A DNA stretch of 64,000 bases from contig CM000435.1 of assembly GCA_000165345.1 (NCBI GenBank), forward strand, positions 512,001 to 576,000. Direction: 5' to 3'. The stretch's first letter is position 1. Each line of letters starts with the position of its first letter. Below the pieces are notes generated by a model that worked only from the letters and a program-made list of their open reading frames with translations, had not been told where the DNA came from and ran no database searches. The translations under genes and the position numbers were made by a program. Below, piece after piece: positions 1 to 11,765 of this stretch.

Positions 1-66
1 CTATAATTTGTTATACACACATTTTTAGGTTGTGACTTTTATATTTAATATGACATGTAACCGAAC

Positions 67-1560
67 ATGATTCAACAGAAAATTCGTCTTTTCAGACATG
101 TATTAAGAAATATAAGTACACAGGTTCTGAGAACTAAAAAACCTATTTTTAGACAAATAAATGGTTTGAGAAGCATAGAAAGTTACAAAATTGCACCCCA
201 AAATGGAATTGGGCCCATATTTTCCGAACTCAGTAATGGAATGAGAGTAATTACATTGGAAAATAGTAATAAAATAGCATCGCTGGGAATCATCATAAAG
301 ATGGGTTCTAGATTTGAATCAAAGAGTTCATTTGGATCATCAAGAGTTCTTTTTAATATGATACTTTCCCAAGAAGGAAAAACTTCGCAGAATTGCTTGC
401 CAAATAAACTGGCATTAAACGGATTAATGTTGGCAGGTGGCTTCAATAGAGAATATACTTCATTTTTATTGGAATATTTGAAAGACCAGGGAATTGAAAA
501 TACCCAGGAATTCTTCGATGGAATATTTAAATTCTACAAAAAACAATTCAGTGATGAGGAATTAGAACTCGCTAAGAAAAATATTAAAGAGGAATTGTTG
601 TTTGAGTTAGAGAACCCTAGTATTATGCTTAATGAACTTTTGCATTCTACCGCATGGAAAGAAAATTCCCTAGGAAATAATCAATCAACATCTTTTGATC
701 AAGTTTCAGATCTTAATATACAGAATCTAACTGACTTCAGAAATTCAAATTTTCTTTCGCGTAATACTATAATTGTTGGAACTGGTATCAGTCACGACCA
801 TTTAATTAAAAAGATCTTGAATTCATCAAGGAAGTTTGATATAACGGAACAAAATTCTGTCAATAATTTAAAAAATGATGAACAAACTATGAAAATTCCA
901 AAGTATGTTGGTGGCTTAGTAAAAAATAAGTTGCCCCATTACGGTTTTACAGATATATTGATCGCATTTGAAACCAATCTGAATTGGAAAGGACGTGAAT
1001 TGGTTGCATTATCTGTACTCCAGGCTTATCTTGGTGGTGGAAGCTCCTTTAGTGTGGGAGGCCCAGGGAAAGGGATCCATTCAAAACTTTTCTTGGATGT
1101 ATTAAATAAATTTGACTGGGTTGAAAGCTGTAATTGCTTTGTTAACCAATACAGTGATACAGGATTATTTGGGATTCACATTACTTCTTACCCAGGATAC
1201 TCATTAGAATCTATTAAGGTAATAGCAAAGCAGCTTGGTAAAATGAAAAATATCAGTGAAAGGGAGCTTGAAAGAGCTAAGAATCTGGTTCTAAGTACTA
1301 TTTGTACAGCTTACGAAAACAGGAGTCATTATATGGAAGAGATTTCCAAACAAATACTTTCATACTCTGAGTTCATTGAATTGGATGAAATAATCAATTG
1401 TATCAAGAGTATAGGTATAGAAGATATCAAAAAGGTTGCGGATTTAATTCTCTCCAAGGCAGACAGGCCTACAGTAGTCGCAGTTGGGACTGATATGAAT
1501 CAAGTCCCAAATTACAACGAAATTATTTCAATAATATCTAGGCAAGTCAGCAATTATTAA
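67..1560 (+). CDS. Mitochondrial-processing-peptidase alpha-like M16 (insulinase family) protein, non-catalytic form
   Basis: ATG-initiated 497-aa ORF. Basic N-terminus (MIQQKIRLFRHVLRN...) resembles a presequence. M16 N-domain signature ...MGSRFE.... The glycine-rich loop GGGSSFSVGGPGKGIHSKL is the hallmark of MPP-alpha. The position of the HxxEH zinc motif reads RVLFN, so no metal site is present. Confidence 0.8.
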   Translation: MIQQKIRLFRHVLRNISTQVLRTKKPIFRQINGLRSIESYKIAPQNGIGPIFSELSNGMRVITLENSNKIASLGIIIKMGSRFESKSSFGSSRVLFNMILSQEGKTSQNCLPNKLALNGLMLAGGFNREYTSFLLEYLKDQGIENTQEFFDGIFKFYKKQFSDEELELAKKNIKEELLFELENPSIMLNELLHSTAWKENSLGNNQSTSFDQVSDLNIQNLTDFRNSNFLSRNTIIVGTGISHDHLIKKILNSSRKFDITEQNSVNNLKNDEQTMKIPKYVGGLVKNKLPHYGFTDILIAFETNLNWKGRELVALSVLQAYLGGGSSFSVGGPGKGIHSKLFLDVLNKFDWVESCNCFVNQYSDTGLFGIHITSYPGYSLESIKVIAKQLGKMKNISERELERAKNLVLSTICTAYENRSHYMEEISKQILSYSEFIELDEIINCIKSIGIEDIKKVADLILSKADRPTVVAVGTDMNQVPNYNEIISIISRQVSNY

Positions 1561-1771
1561 ATCTAAGAAAAAATAATTGTTAAACCAATACTACTACTCA
1601 TTTAGTTTCTTTTAAATAATTATTTATATTTGTTAATTTCTTACCCACAGCATTTTCTCGCCATTATGGCGGTTCACACTGCCGCCTGAATATTGTCAAA
1701 AGTAGCAACAGTGATGTTTGACAGGCTACTAATACTAATTGTTGTAATTGGAAATTTCGATTTCTTATTAA

Positions 1772-3154
<1,383 letters not shown>

Positions 3155-3259
3155 TTGGAATAATATATAAGTTATTATTTAATAGTTTATAGTCAGATTT
3201 ATGAATGATACTTAAAAAGTTAAAGTCATCTAGCACTTTTTCTAACATAGTTTTATAAG

Positions 3260-6200
3260 CTAATTCTTATCAATAGTGATTGTATAAGTTTTCTTATTTT
3301 CTCTCCTTAATTGCCACTCATCTGTGTTTTTACACGAGATTTTAACAACTTTAAGTCTGTAATATAATGAGCAGCTCAGTGTTCTTGGGGGGAGTTCAAT
3401 GAGATCTATTGTTTTGATACAATTTCCTGAAATCCCGAGCAAACCACCTAATAGTCCTGACTGAGTACATTGCCAAATCCTTAGAGCCTTTTCTACTATT
3501 GAGTACGAAGCGAGGAACTCACCCTCTTTATTAAAACACAACGCATCAACTTGTTGTGTATGTCCCTGTAGTACTCTCCACTTTGTTGCAGTTCTAAGAT
3601 CATAAACAATAATTGAACGATCGAAGCCTATTGCAAATCTTTGTGTATTTTGATGGAAGGTAATCATTGGAAAAGCGCTAACTAATATGAAAAGAACGGA
3701 TGTGACTGCTGTTATTGTTCCTTTGCGTAGTGTGGAGTCAAGTGGATCTAAGAATCCAATAGAAATATCGACCACCATATTTAAATAGGGAAAAGAATAT
3801 TCAGGGAGACTAGATACAAAATATACCAATAATGATAGTACGTTGCAAGTATAGTTTATTCCCATATAGGGATATGCTGTTCTTCCGGCATATCCAAGTA
3901 TATAAATGTATGTTTTTGGATCCAACTGGCCAATTAATTGAAGTAAATGTCTACAAGAAGTCCAAAATGGTGGGTATTGAGCCAACGTGAGCAATCTTAT
4001 ACAAAGGCAAATAATACTATTCGAAACCTTAGTGCTCACATTTTTTTTATTGTTTTTTTGTTCTATTTTGTCACTTAAACTTCCGCTATCCACTTGGAAA
4101 ATATGAGCTGCTATGAATATGTTATTTTCCCAACTAGTAAGACTGTTTCTAAGTAAGTTAGGAACGCATGTATTTTCAATATTTTTTGCTTTTAGAAGAC
4201 TTGTAAAGTTAAGAGAAAAAAGCTCCAATGCAAAAAGGAATCTCAAAGTATCCATAATGCTAATATTATTGTAATAAGAGTTTATATCATAATTTAGGTT
4301 ATCTTTGTATCCAGTGGCTTTAAAACTTCCAGTGTTCCCTAAACTTGAAGTGTTGACTATAATATTTGATTTACTAGAGTCAATGTTTAGGTTTTCCCAA
4401 GAATACCACTGTTCAGTATCATGTCTTCTGGCATATATCGGTTTAAGTAATCTCTTCTTTTCTTGTTGTTTCTCAAAATTCTTTGAGAACTTGATAATAA
4501 TTTCAATATCATAAGTTGTTATGATACTAATCAGAAATGAAAGAATAATCTTTCCTATACAAGCGCTATGAGTTCTTTTGAAAGGATGTTCATATAGAAC
4601 AATACTTAAAAAAAATAGCGAAAGATCTTCTATGCTTAAGTTTGAACAGTAATATTCGCCAGAGTTCATTATTGGAAAGGGAAGTCTATAACCTATCATT
4701 CTGCAAAGTGAAATACTACAGTATGAATAAATTTTAGGATGACCACGCCTGCATGATTCATTCCATGGAGGAATACTTTTTATTTCACTCCCCAGAGTAG
4801 AACATAAAGATCCTCCAACATCCATGTTACTTGAAGTTATGACCTCCTGCTCCAGTAAATGCAAAGACTCATCCTTATTTTCTCCGTTTGTTCTAGGTGC
4901 TGAAATTCTTAAGAATTCTTTAATAATACCAGAAAGAGTATCAATTGCTATTTCTTCGCAATAAGACAATACTTCGCTTGGGAGAGATCTAATAGCCAGC
5001 TGTAAACAATATTTTGCAGAAAGCCTCAAATATGGATTAAATACATCCAATGTCATACCTGTAATTGAAAAGAGATGGAATGGAATAAATCTAATTAAAA
5101 GTTTTTTTTGTTCAACATGTTCAATTATCCACGATAGTAGGAAATTATCCAAAAGCTGTATCGGTAGGTCCAAATTAGAATAATAAGTAAAGTAGTAATG
5201 TAAAATAACCATTTGAAGAGCAATCTGGTGCGCTGAAAAGTGCTCCTGAAGTTCTCTTGATGTATCTTGCTTTCTAAAAGATTCTATTTCATCTTGGTAT
5301 TCTAAGTCCTGTCTAAGTTCGCAAACACTACAGGAATCCACAGGATTTTCAGTTCCAAATGTTTTTTCATTTTGATTTTTAAAGTTTTGGAATTTTTCAT
5401 TTAGGGCTTTCTCACTAATATTTCTCTGGCTTAAAAATCTTTCAAGCCAAATTTTGTCTGAAGCCTCAAAACTAGAGAATACCTCGGTTTGACCATTAGA
5501 AAAGTTTAGGGTTGATTCGTATGTTCTTGATCTAAACAATGGTGCTGAATTTTCACTAGAATCTATAGGTTCTCTTTTTATTAAGTTTCTAGAATCAAAA
5601 GTTTCTCCTCTTTGAAGTGTTGAAGTTGAATTTAAACTTTCCTTTATATTATGTGGGAGCTTCGAATTTTTTCTATTAATACCAGAATTTCTGGATCTGA
5701 CTATTCTATTTACTAAATGAGAGGTACATGGAATTCCAGATAACTCGCCAATATAATAGTCATTTGTATCTATCTCTAAATTTTTTTTCCTTCCTGGTAA
5801 TCTACTCCATTCGAAAAATGGCCTCCCAGGGCAGCTACTAATAATGCTCTTATTATCTGAGATATTTAACCTGTTTTTTAAAGTTCTAACGGAAACTGTT
5901 TTAGTATCCAAATGTCTCATGATATTCTCACTCCAGTTTTCAGAAACTAGGTACCTATATGGAGGAATTCCAGTTCCATCATAAGTATGGGATCTGATCA
6001 TAGATTCCCTTGTGCCAGAATATATACTTCTAGAACGATCAACAGATTCGCATCGCTTTCCATTTCCTTGTTTATTCCTTTTTGATAGGTTGAAATAATA
6101 ATCCACACTGTTCCATATCTTCAGTCTTAGAGACAATTTTGAACTATAAGTCTTCTTTTTTAAAATATTGCAAATTGGGATAGAAATAGCATAATTCACA

Positions 6201-9200
6201 CCTGTAATTAAAGTGCTAAATTTAAGAATTGGTCTAACAGTTAGTGGGGCCATGTCCGCAAAGAGTTTACTCAGAAATTCATTGGTAGATCTCACGAAAA
6301 GAGGAAAAAGATGTTGTAAATATCTCGATGTTTTTGTATTTTTTTGTTTTTTTTTCTCAATACTTACGATATCTGCTGATACATGAGGATTAAATGCCAT
6401 GAATGAGACGCTCATACTAGAACGAACACCTAAACATCCCTGATAATAATTCTTCTCTTTCTGAAAGTCAAGCTTTGGCATATATCCAATTAATACAGAT
6501 CCAAACATAATTCCATGGTCCAAAAATTCAATTCTGTTGCTTGTTTGTATAAATCTATTTAGGCTTGACATAAGACCATAAGATAGATGGTAGTCTTGAT
6601 ATTCGCAAACATTAAGATCTAGGATTGAATTAAAACAAATTTTTGCCAGTAATAAGTGTGAATCTTTATCATATACAAAAACTATATCTCCTTGTAAAAT
6701 AAAAATAAAGTTAGATGGTTTATCAATACCAACTGAATTAATTCTTGATTCTATGGGATCTTGTCTTTTTTCGAGCTCCAAAGATAAGCTTAATATTTCA
6801 TAAGTAACTCCCTGGATTTCTGTATTTGATTGATCCTTTCTTTCGTCCCAAATACATCTATTAGTTGATTTAGGTTCAGATTTTGAAGATATACCATTTG
6901 CTTGATTATCATTTACTTTTATTAAAACACATTTCTTCTCTAAGGAAGAATGAACCAAGATTTGGAACTTGTCGTATTTAGGTGTTCCAAGTTCTCCTAA
7001 TCTATTAACATCAAATACAATAACTTTGTTAAGTGAAATTACATTCGTAAAAAATAAACCATTAATACAAGCTATAAGAGAAAATAAATTATTTGAAACA
7101 ATTTGGCCTTTAATTCCAGGTGAATTAACATTCTTTGAATAATTGGTGTTATAATTATTGCTACAATGCACATCTTTATTTTTAGATTCTCCTGTAGAGA
7201 ATTTATTTACAAAATTCTCCATTAAATCTACCTTCCAAACTAATATATTTCCACAACAAGTTAGTCCAAAAATACAACCATCCGTCACAGATTTTATTTC
7301 AATTACATTTGTTTTATGTCCACAAGAAGGTCTTGGTAGAGGAAGTTGGTAAACTACTCCATTTTCGATATTTCCAAAGAAGTGTTTGTCTTCGTTACAA
7401 TTCATCATGCTAAAAAGTCCAAATTCTCCAGTAAGACACTGCCCCATAATTTTACCATTTGATAGAGAAATTATACAATAGATCGAATTTTTTTGTTCAG
7501 TGATGCAACAAGAAAGGACGGAAATGTTATTTTTCTTATCGTAATCTGTGATATCATCCTCCCAAATTGTTCTCAAAGATTTTGTGGATTTCCAATAGAT
7601 TTCATTTTCAGTTGATCTGTAAATAATTGGATCATTTCTATTCTCAATGCTATTTTGAGAATCCATATTAAGTTTAACAGGGAAAAACATATTTTTGGAG
7701 TCAGATACTTCTACATTGTCTAATATAAAAGAATGAGCGTCATTAAAGCTTTTATAACAGTTTGAAAATGAATTGTTTGGAATAAAAGGAAATTTATAGT
7801 AAGTTGGAAGTTTTTGTTGTGATTCAATAATTGACAAGTCGAAGAATGAGTAAAATATTTTGTCAGAATTCTGCTCAATTGATATAAAATTAGTATTGTG
7901 GAGTGTCTCGCAGCTCTTTTCTAATAGAAATCTGAAATTATTTCTGTGTACCCAAATGATATCGTTATTTCCTTGGTTTTGGAAATTGAGGTCTATATTT
8001 CTACCAGACTTTGGTGATTCCTCTAGGTCATTTTCGTACAAAGTATTTATTTTGAAAAATTGCCAATAACTTGCAAGATGGCCAAGATAATTTAATTGTT
8101 CTTTATCGTTTATTTTAAAATAGTCTCTGGAAATATAGACAGGAACTGCTGTTATGTCACTATAGTTACCATAATTATCAATTTCTCTGAGATCGTGTTC
8201 AGAAAAAGCTATATTGGATTCAAATTTAGGGTTAAAATTTTGGCTAAAAAGGAAGCAAACTACTGAAGGAAGTTGAATACTGTATACTGTAAAGTCAGAT
8301 GACCATGCAAGAAAAGATACACAATGTTTTTGCTTTTCTTCATATTCCATGCTAAGAGTTCTAATAGGTGAATATGTCTTTGTTTTATTAATGCAGGCTT
8401 GTCTAATATTTAATGATATCTGAGAAAACCCAAGCCAAATTTGAAGCTTTTGTTTAATTTCCACATTTTCATTATTTTGATTAATCACATTGAGAGTTAT
8501 CGCTCTTTTTAGAGGTTGCGTTTGATGAATATCATACATTGGATCTTTAAACTCGCTTCCATTTGAAAAATTTTGTGTTGAAATTTCCATTTGTGGATTA
8601 TTTGGATTGGAATCTTCACAAATGGGCGTATTTGGGACGAACAAATCTCCAAAAGGTTGGTACCTTTGGTTTCTATTTTGAAACTGAGGCAGGAAAGTGC
8701 GTTTCCAAATTATAAGTCTGTATTTTGCATTTACGATTAAATAAAAGTCAGTTACAACAATTTGAGTTGAGAACATCTCACTTGAAGGAATAGAATAAAA
8801 ATTGATCGGTTCTGAAACAAAACATGGATGCAAGGAAAAAAATGTTGGAGCTAGCATTGGAGACTTAATTGAACAAAATTGATGAATATAAGGAGTATCA
8901 AAAGAGCTAGACTTGGATTGGTCACTTGCATTACTGCTTGACTCGAAAGCATGATCATACCTTTCAAATGAAGACCCATTAATGTCTTCTATTGAACTTT
9001 CCTGCTTGATTTGCTCATATTTAATATCCAGATCGCCCAAATTGTCCTCTATTATTATTTGATCTTGAGAATAGTTTATTGAAGAGCGAGAAGAGTTTTT
9101 GGCCAAATTATTAAATCCCGTTTCATCCTGGCTATATTTCATAAATGGTTTAGGAACATTATTTTTTTGGGGTTTTGGAACTGGACATGGGATTTCGCAG

Positions 9201-10060
9201 TGAGGAATAGGAATGAAGTGCCACCAAATTCTTATTAAGTTGCTTAAATCCCAAACTAAAACTTGACCAGTATTTAGCATTGCAGCCACAGTGTAAAAGT
9301 GAGCAGTGGGATATCTATTATCTTCACAGTAGTCAAAGAGTGAGATATTTGAAGACCATTTTAAAAGTTCAAAGTAATCATGATTGGTGGAAACATTGAA
9401 TATCATTGATTCTCCATATTCTCCATATGTATTTGTTGGATTAAAGGAGGATTTTTCATTTTTATCTTCGTACGAAAGCTGAACAGTACTTGGAGATTGA
9501 ATTTTATACATGTCTGGAGTGTCGTCATCGATTCTGTTGTTTATTCTACGTTTAGAATATGGACAGCTTGCAATTTTAAGGGCTCCACAATTTAGTCGTG
9601 ACCAAGTGTCTATTATAGTAATACGTTGATGCCCAACAAGCAACACAAACCTTTTGTCTGCGAGACTCACTAGTTGCAATACTTCGTGTTCAGCCGAGTC
9701 TGATAGTTGAGCAATACATCTTCCATTATCCAAAGACCAATATCTCATAATATTATCCGAATGCAATGTTAACAGCAACTCATCTGTACAGCTTTGTAAT
9801 AAAGGAGAGGGCGATAAAACGAAAACCATACCAATAAGTTTAATTGGACATAGAGAGTTAGGAATAAGAACGCAAGAAGGGACCAGCTCTTTCTCTGGTG
9901 AGCCCTCGATGGATTTTTTGTCCACCCTTAAAATATTCCACAAATATACATGACCAGATTTTGTACCAGTTGCGCATATTGAATCCCAACTACTACAACA
10001 AGTTAGAGTGACTTCATCCAAAACGCCTCCATCTGGTGTAATACCACATGAAAGTAGCAT
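3260..10060 (-). CDS. Giant WD40-repeat protein, possibly WDR7/rabconnectin-3-beta-like
   Basis: Uninterrupted 6.9-kb ORF. WD-like repeats occur at both ends (GHVYLWNI near the N-terminus). The C-terminal block FAIGFDRSIIVYDLRTATKWRVLQGHTQQVDALCFNKEGEFLASYS...RIWQ...GLLGGLLG recalls the WDR7 C-terminus, from memory only. The track start at 10141 is a TTG; the first in-frame ATG is at 10060, and I found no upstream ATG exon. Confidence 0.6.
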   Translation of the reverse strand: MLLSCGITPDGGVLDEVTLTCCSSWDSICATGTKSGHVYLWNILRVDKKSIEGSPEKELVPSCVLIPNSLCPIKLIGMVFVLSPSPLLQSCTDELLLTLHSDNIMRYWSLDNGRCIAQLSDSAEHEVLQLVSLADKRFVLLVGHQRITIIDTWSRLNCGALKIASCPYSKRRINNRIDDDTPDMYKIQSPSTVQLSYEDKNEKSSFNPTNTYGEYGESMIFNVSTNHDYFELLKWSSNISLFDYCEDNRYPTAHFYTVAAMLNTGQVLVWDLSNLIRIWWHFIPIPHCEIPCPVPKPQKNNVPKPFMKYSQDETGFNNLAKNSSRSSINYSQDQIIIEDNLGDLDIKYEQIKQESSIEDINGSSFERYDHAFESSSNASDQSKSSSFDTPYIHQFCSIKSPMLAPTFFSLHPCFVSEPINFYSIPSSEMFSTQIVVTDFYLIVNAKYRLIIWKRTFLPQFQNRNQRYQPFGDLFVPNTPICEDSNPNNPQMEISTQNFSNGSEFKDPMYDIHQTQPLKRAITLNVINQNNENVEIKQKLQIWLGFSQISLNIRQACINKTKTYSPIRTLSMEYEEKQKHCVSFLAWSSDFTVYSIQLPSVVCFLFSQNFNPKFESNIAFSEHDLREIDNYGNYSDITAVPVYISRDYFKINDKEQLNYLGHLASYWQFFKINTLYENDLEESPKSGRNIDLNFQNQGNNDIIWVHRNNFRFLLEKSCETLHNTNFISIEQNSDKIFYSFFDLSIIESQQKLPTYYKFPFIPNNSFSNCYKSFNDAHSFILDNVEVSDSKNMFFPVKLNMDSQNSIENRNDPIIYRSTENEIYWKSTKSLRTIWEDDITDYDKKNNISVLSCCITEQKNSIYCIISLSNGKIMGQCLTGEFGLFSMMNCNEDKHFFGNIENGVVYQLPLPRPSCGHKTNVIEIKSVTDGCIFGLTCCGNILVWKVDLMENFVNKFSTGESKNKDVHCSNNYNTNYSKNVNSPGIKGQIVSNNLFSLIACINGLFFTNVISLNKVIVFDVNRLGELGTPKYDKFQILVHSSLEKKCVLIKVNDNQANGISSKSEPKSTNRCIWDERKDQSNTEIQGVTYEILSLSLELEKRQDPIESRINSVGIDKPSNFIFILQGDIVFVYDKDSHLLLAKICFNSILDLNVCEYQDYHLSYGLMSSLNRFIQTSNRIEFLDHGIMFGSVLIGYMPKLDFQKEKNYYQGCLGVRSSMSVSFMAFNPHVSADIVSIEKKKQKNTKTSRYLQHLFPLFVRSTNEFLSKLFADMAPLTVRPILKFSTLITGVNYAISIPICNILKKKTYSSKLSLRLKIWNSVDYYFNLSKRNKQGNGKRCESVDRSRSIYSGTRESMIRSHTYDGTGIPPYRYLVSENWSENIMRHLDTKTVSVRTLKNRLNISDNKSIISSCPGRPFFEWSRLPGRKKNLEIDTNDYYIGELSGIPCTSHLVNRIVRSRNSGINRKNSKLPHNIKESLNSTSTLQRGETFDSRNLIKREPIDSSENSAPLFRSRTYESTLNFSNGQTEVFSSFEASDKIWLERFLSQRNISEKALNEKFQNFKNQNEKTFGTENPVDSCSVCELRQDLEYQDEIESFRKQDTSRELQEHFSAHQIALQMVILHYYFTYYSNLDLPIQLLDNFLLSWIIEHVEQKKLLIRFIPFHLFSITGMTLDVFNPYLRLSAKYCLQLAIRSLPSEVLSYCEEIAIDTLSGIIKEFLRISAPRTNGENKDESLHLLEQEVITSSNMDVGGSLCSTLGSEIKSIPPWNESCRRGHPKIYSYCSISLCRMIGYRLPFPIMNSGEYYCSNLSIEDLSLFFLSIVLYEHPFKRTHSACIGKIILSFLISIITTYDIEIIIKFSKNFEKQQEKKRLLKPIYARRHDTEQWYSWENLNIDSSKSNIIVNTSSLGNTGSFKATGYKDNLNYDINSYYNNISIMDTLRFLFALELFSLNFTSLLKAKNIENTCVPNLLRNSLTSWENNIFIAAHIFQVDSGSLSDKIEQKNNKKNVSTKVSNSIICLCIRLLTLAQYPPFWTSCRHLLQLIGQLDPKTYIYILGYAGRTAYPYMGINYTCNVLSLLVYFVSSLPEYSFPYLNMVVDISIGFLDPLDSTLRKGTITAVTSVLFILVSAFPMITFHQNTQRFAIGFDRSIIVYDLRTATKWRVLQGHTQQVDALCFNKEGEFLASYSIVEKALRIWQCTQSGLLGGLLGISGNCIKTIDLIELPPRTLSCSLYYRLKVVKISCKNTDEWQLRRENKKTYTITIDKN

Positions 10061-10204
10061 TACTTTTTCTATTAACAAAATGAAGTTTTCATTCACCACA
10101 CAATTATAGATGGATCTAATACGAAAAAAAAGCGGCGCCAATATGATTTTTCGAAGTACTTGGTATACAAAAATTCTCGGAAGTAGATTACTTCGAAATT
10201 CAAC

Positions 10205-10220
10205 AAAAAAAAAAAAAAAA
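10205..10220. repeat. A16 homopolymer tract in a divergent promoter
   Basis: Sixteen consecutive A residues, read directly between the WD40 gene and the uL2 gene. Confidence 0.95.
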
Positions 10221-10443
10221 TTAATAAATCCTAAGTATCCGACAAATCACACGCAAATTTCCAAAATCAGCTGAACATATCAATAAATGCCGAAGAAAAT
10301 ATCAAGTATATTTACATGATATATAGACATAAAGAATAATAAACCTAAGTGAGAAATCCAGAAAACTCAACTTTTACTAATATTTGAAGATAACTTTAGC
10401 AAGTTAGATGAGTTTGTTGTTTAAACATGATCATACAAAAATT

Positions 10444-10486
10444 TATGGCGCAGTGGCGCCTTAGACACGTATTTCATGGCGTCTCG
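10444..10486 (+). promoter_or_regulatory. Candidate promoter module upstream of uL2: ATGGCGC, TGGCGCC, CCTTAGAC and ATGGCGTCTCG
   Basis: Sequence ttATGGCGCagTGGCGCCTTAGACacgtatttcATGGCGTCTCGtag lies 290-330 bp upstream of the ATG at 10775. The 8-mer CCTTAGAC and the 11-mer ATGGCGTCTCG recur exactly at 38121-38140. Confidence 0.4.
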
Positions 10487-10774
10487 TAGTTACCATTTAA
10501 TATTAAATTTCTCATAAAGTGTAAAAAAACTCATCGAGACAAGAATTTAGAACAAACAATAGAAAGTTAAAGTAAAAGTTATATAGAAAGATCATTAACA
10601 AAATAGCAAATTAATTATTTACTACAGAGGCGGGCAAAATATATTAGTCATTAATTTTATAATATTAAAATAAGCTGTTAATTTTTATATCGCATTCACA
10701 AGTGACCTTTGGATTATTAAGCAAACAATTTATCTTTAGACTTTTTTCAGAGGATTCAATTTAGATAGAAACTA

Positions 10775-11560
10775 ATGGGTCGCGTTATTAGAGGTCAGCG
10801 TAAGGGTGCAGGTTCAATTTTCAAGGCTAAGGTTTCCAAGAGAAGAGGACCAGTTAAGCTTCGTGCATTGGACTACATTGAACGTCATGGATATATCAAG
10901 GGTTTAGTAAAGGATATCACTACAGATCCAGGTAGAGGCTGTCCAGTTGCACATGTTTCATTCAGAGACCCTTACAGATACAAAATCAAGAAGGAGCTGA
11001 TGATTGCTGTAGAAGGACTTCATACTGGACAATTTGTATACTGTGGAAAGAATGCAACACTTTCTGTAGGAAACGTTTTACCAGTTGGTCAGATTCCTGA
11101 AGGTACTATTATCTCCTCTTGCGAGGAAAAGGCAGGCGATAGAGGCAAACTCGCTAGAACTTCAGGTACCTATGCAATTATTGTTGGCCAATCTGAAGAC
11201 GGAACAAAGACACGTATTAGACTCCCATCTGGTGCAAGAAAAACTATCAGCTCTCAATCTAGAGCAATTATTGGTATTGTAGCTGCTGGAGGAAGAATTG
11301 ACAAACCAGTTTTGAAGGCAGGTAACAATTATCATAAATACAAAGTCAAGAGAAACTGCTGGCCAAAGGTTAGAGGTGTTTCTATGAACCCAGTAGACCA
11401 TCCTCACGGTGGTGGTAACCACCAACATATTGGTCACCCATCTACTGTTTCAAGAAGTGCACCACCAGGTCAGAAGGTCGGTCTCATTGCTGCCAGAAGA
11501 ACTGGTTTATTACGTGGTGGCCGCAAGACAGCTAAGGATAAGGTAGAAAAGGGAGTTTAA
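10775..11560 (+). CDS. RPL8: 60S ribosomal protein L8 (uL2)
   Basis: 261-aa ATG ORF starting [18 protein letters not shown]. Contains the [14 protein letters not shown] motif. Full-length uL2 similarity. Confidence 0.95.
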   Translation: MGRVIRGQRKGAGSIFKAKVSKRRGPVKLRALDYIERHGYIKGLVKDITTDPGRGCPVAHVSFRDPYRYKIKKELMIAVEGLHTGQFVYCGKNATLSVGNVLPVGQIPEGTIISSCEEKAGDRGKLARTSGTYAIIVGQSEDGTKTRIRLPSGARKTISSQSRAIIGIVAAGGRIDKPVLKAGNNYHKYKVKRNCWPKVRGVSMNPVDHPHGGGNHQHIGHPSTVSRSAPPGQKVGLIAARRTGLLRGGRKTAKDKVEKGV

Positions 11561-11765
11561 ATTCATAGCGAGGTAACGCATAGATAATTTCTGATCCTCG
11601 ATAATTATTTGCTACCAAGAGCTTGGGGATGATGTTTCCTTTGATGTTATATAGTATTTAATTATTGGTCAGATTTTTAACTCTATTAGTATCTAGTCTA
11701 GGCTATTAAATATTCTAATTGACTAGTTTCTTTTTGCTGCGAATCTTAGCTATAATGAATTTGTC

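Noticed and set aside
183-446. Short ORFs antisense to, or out of frame within, well-supported genes: 183-446, 1834-2205, 2536-2861, 4305-4514, 7158-7352, 7860-8069, 11085-11437, 19587-19826, 20193-20375, 22101-22313, 26483-26851, 29061-29453, 30411-30593, 32547-32738, 35472-35717, 36537-36719, 39830-40105, 40567-40764, 42638-42859, 45344-47871 (several), 50095-50448, 53607-53810, 55467-55730, 56543-56731, 57993-58235, 60180-60377, 62755-63118 and 63420-63638.
   Set aside because: Each lies entirely inside a longer ORF with clear homology or better coding character. Their products are low-complexity or hydrophobic strings typical of AT-rich antisense frames, with no independent support.
10061-10141. 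The TTG-initiated N-terminal extension of the giant WD40 ORF. Similar TTG starts in the track occur at 21515, 23020, 23448, 27216, 28197, 39102, 39765, 44390, 52573, 61108 and 61837.
   Set aside because: The track writes M for TTG. In each case either an ATG just downstream gives the conserved N-terminus (Sar1, eIF5A, eL22, PAT1), or the apparent start is really an internal exon boundary.
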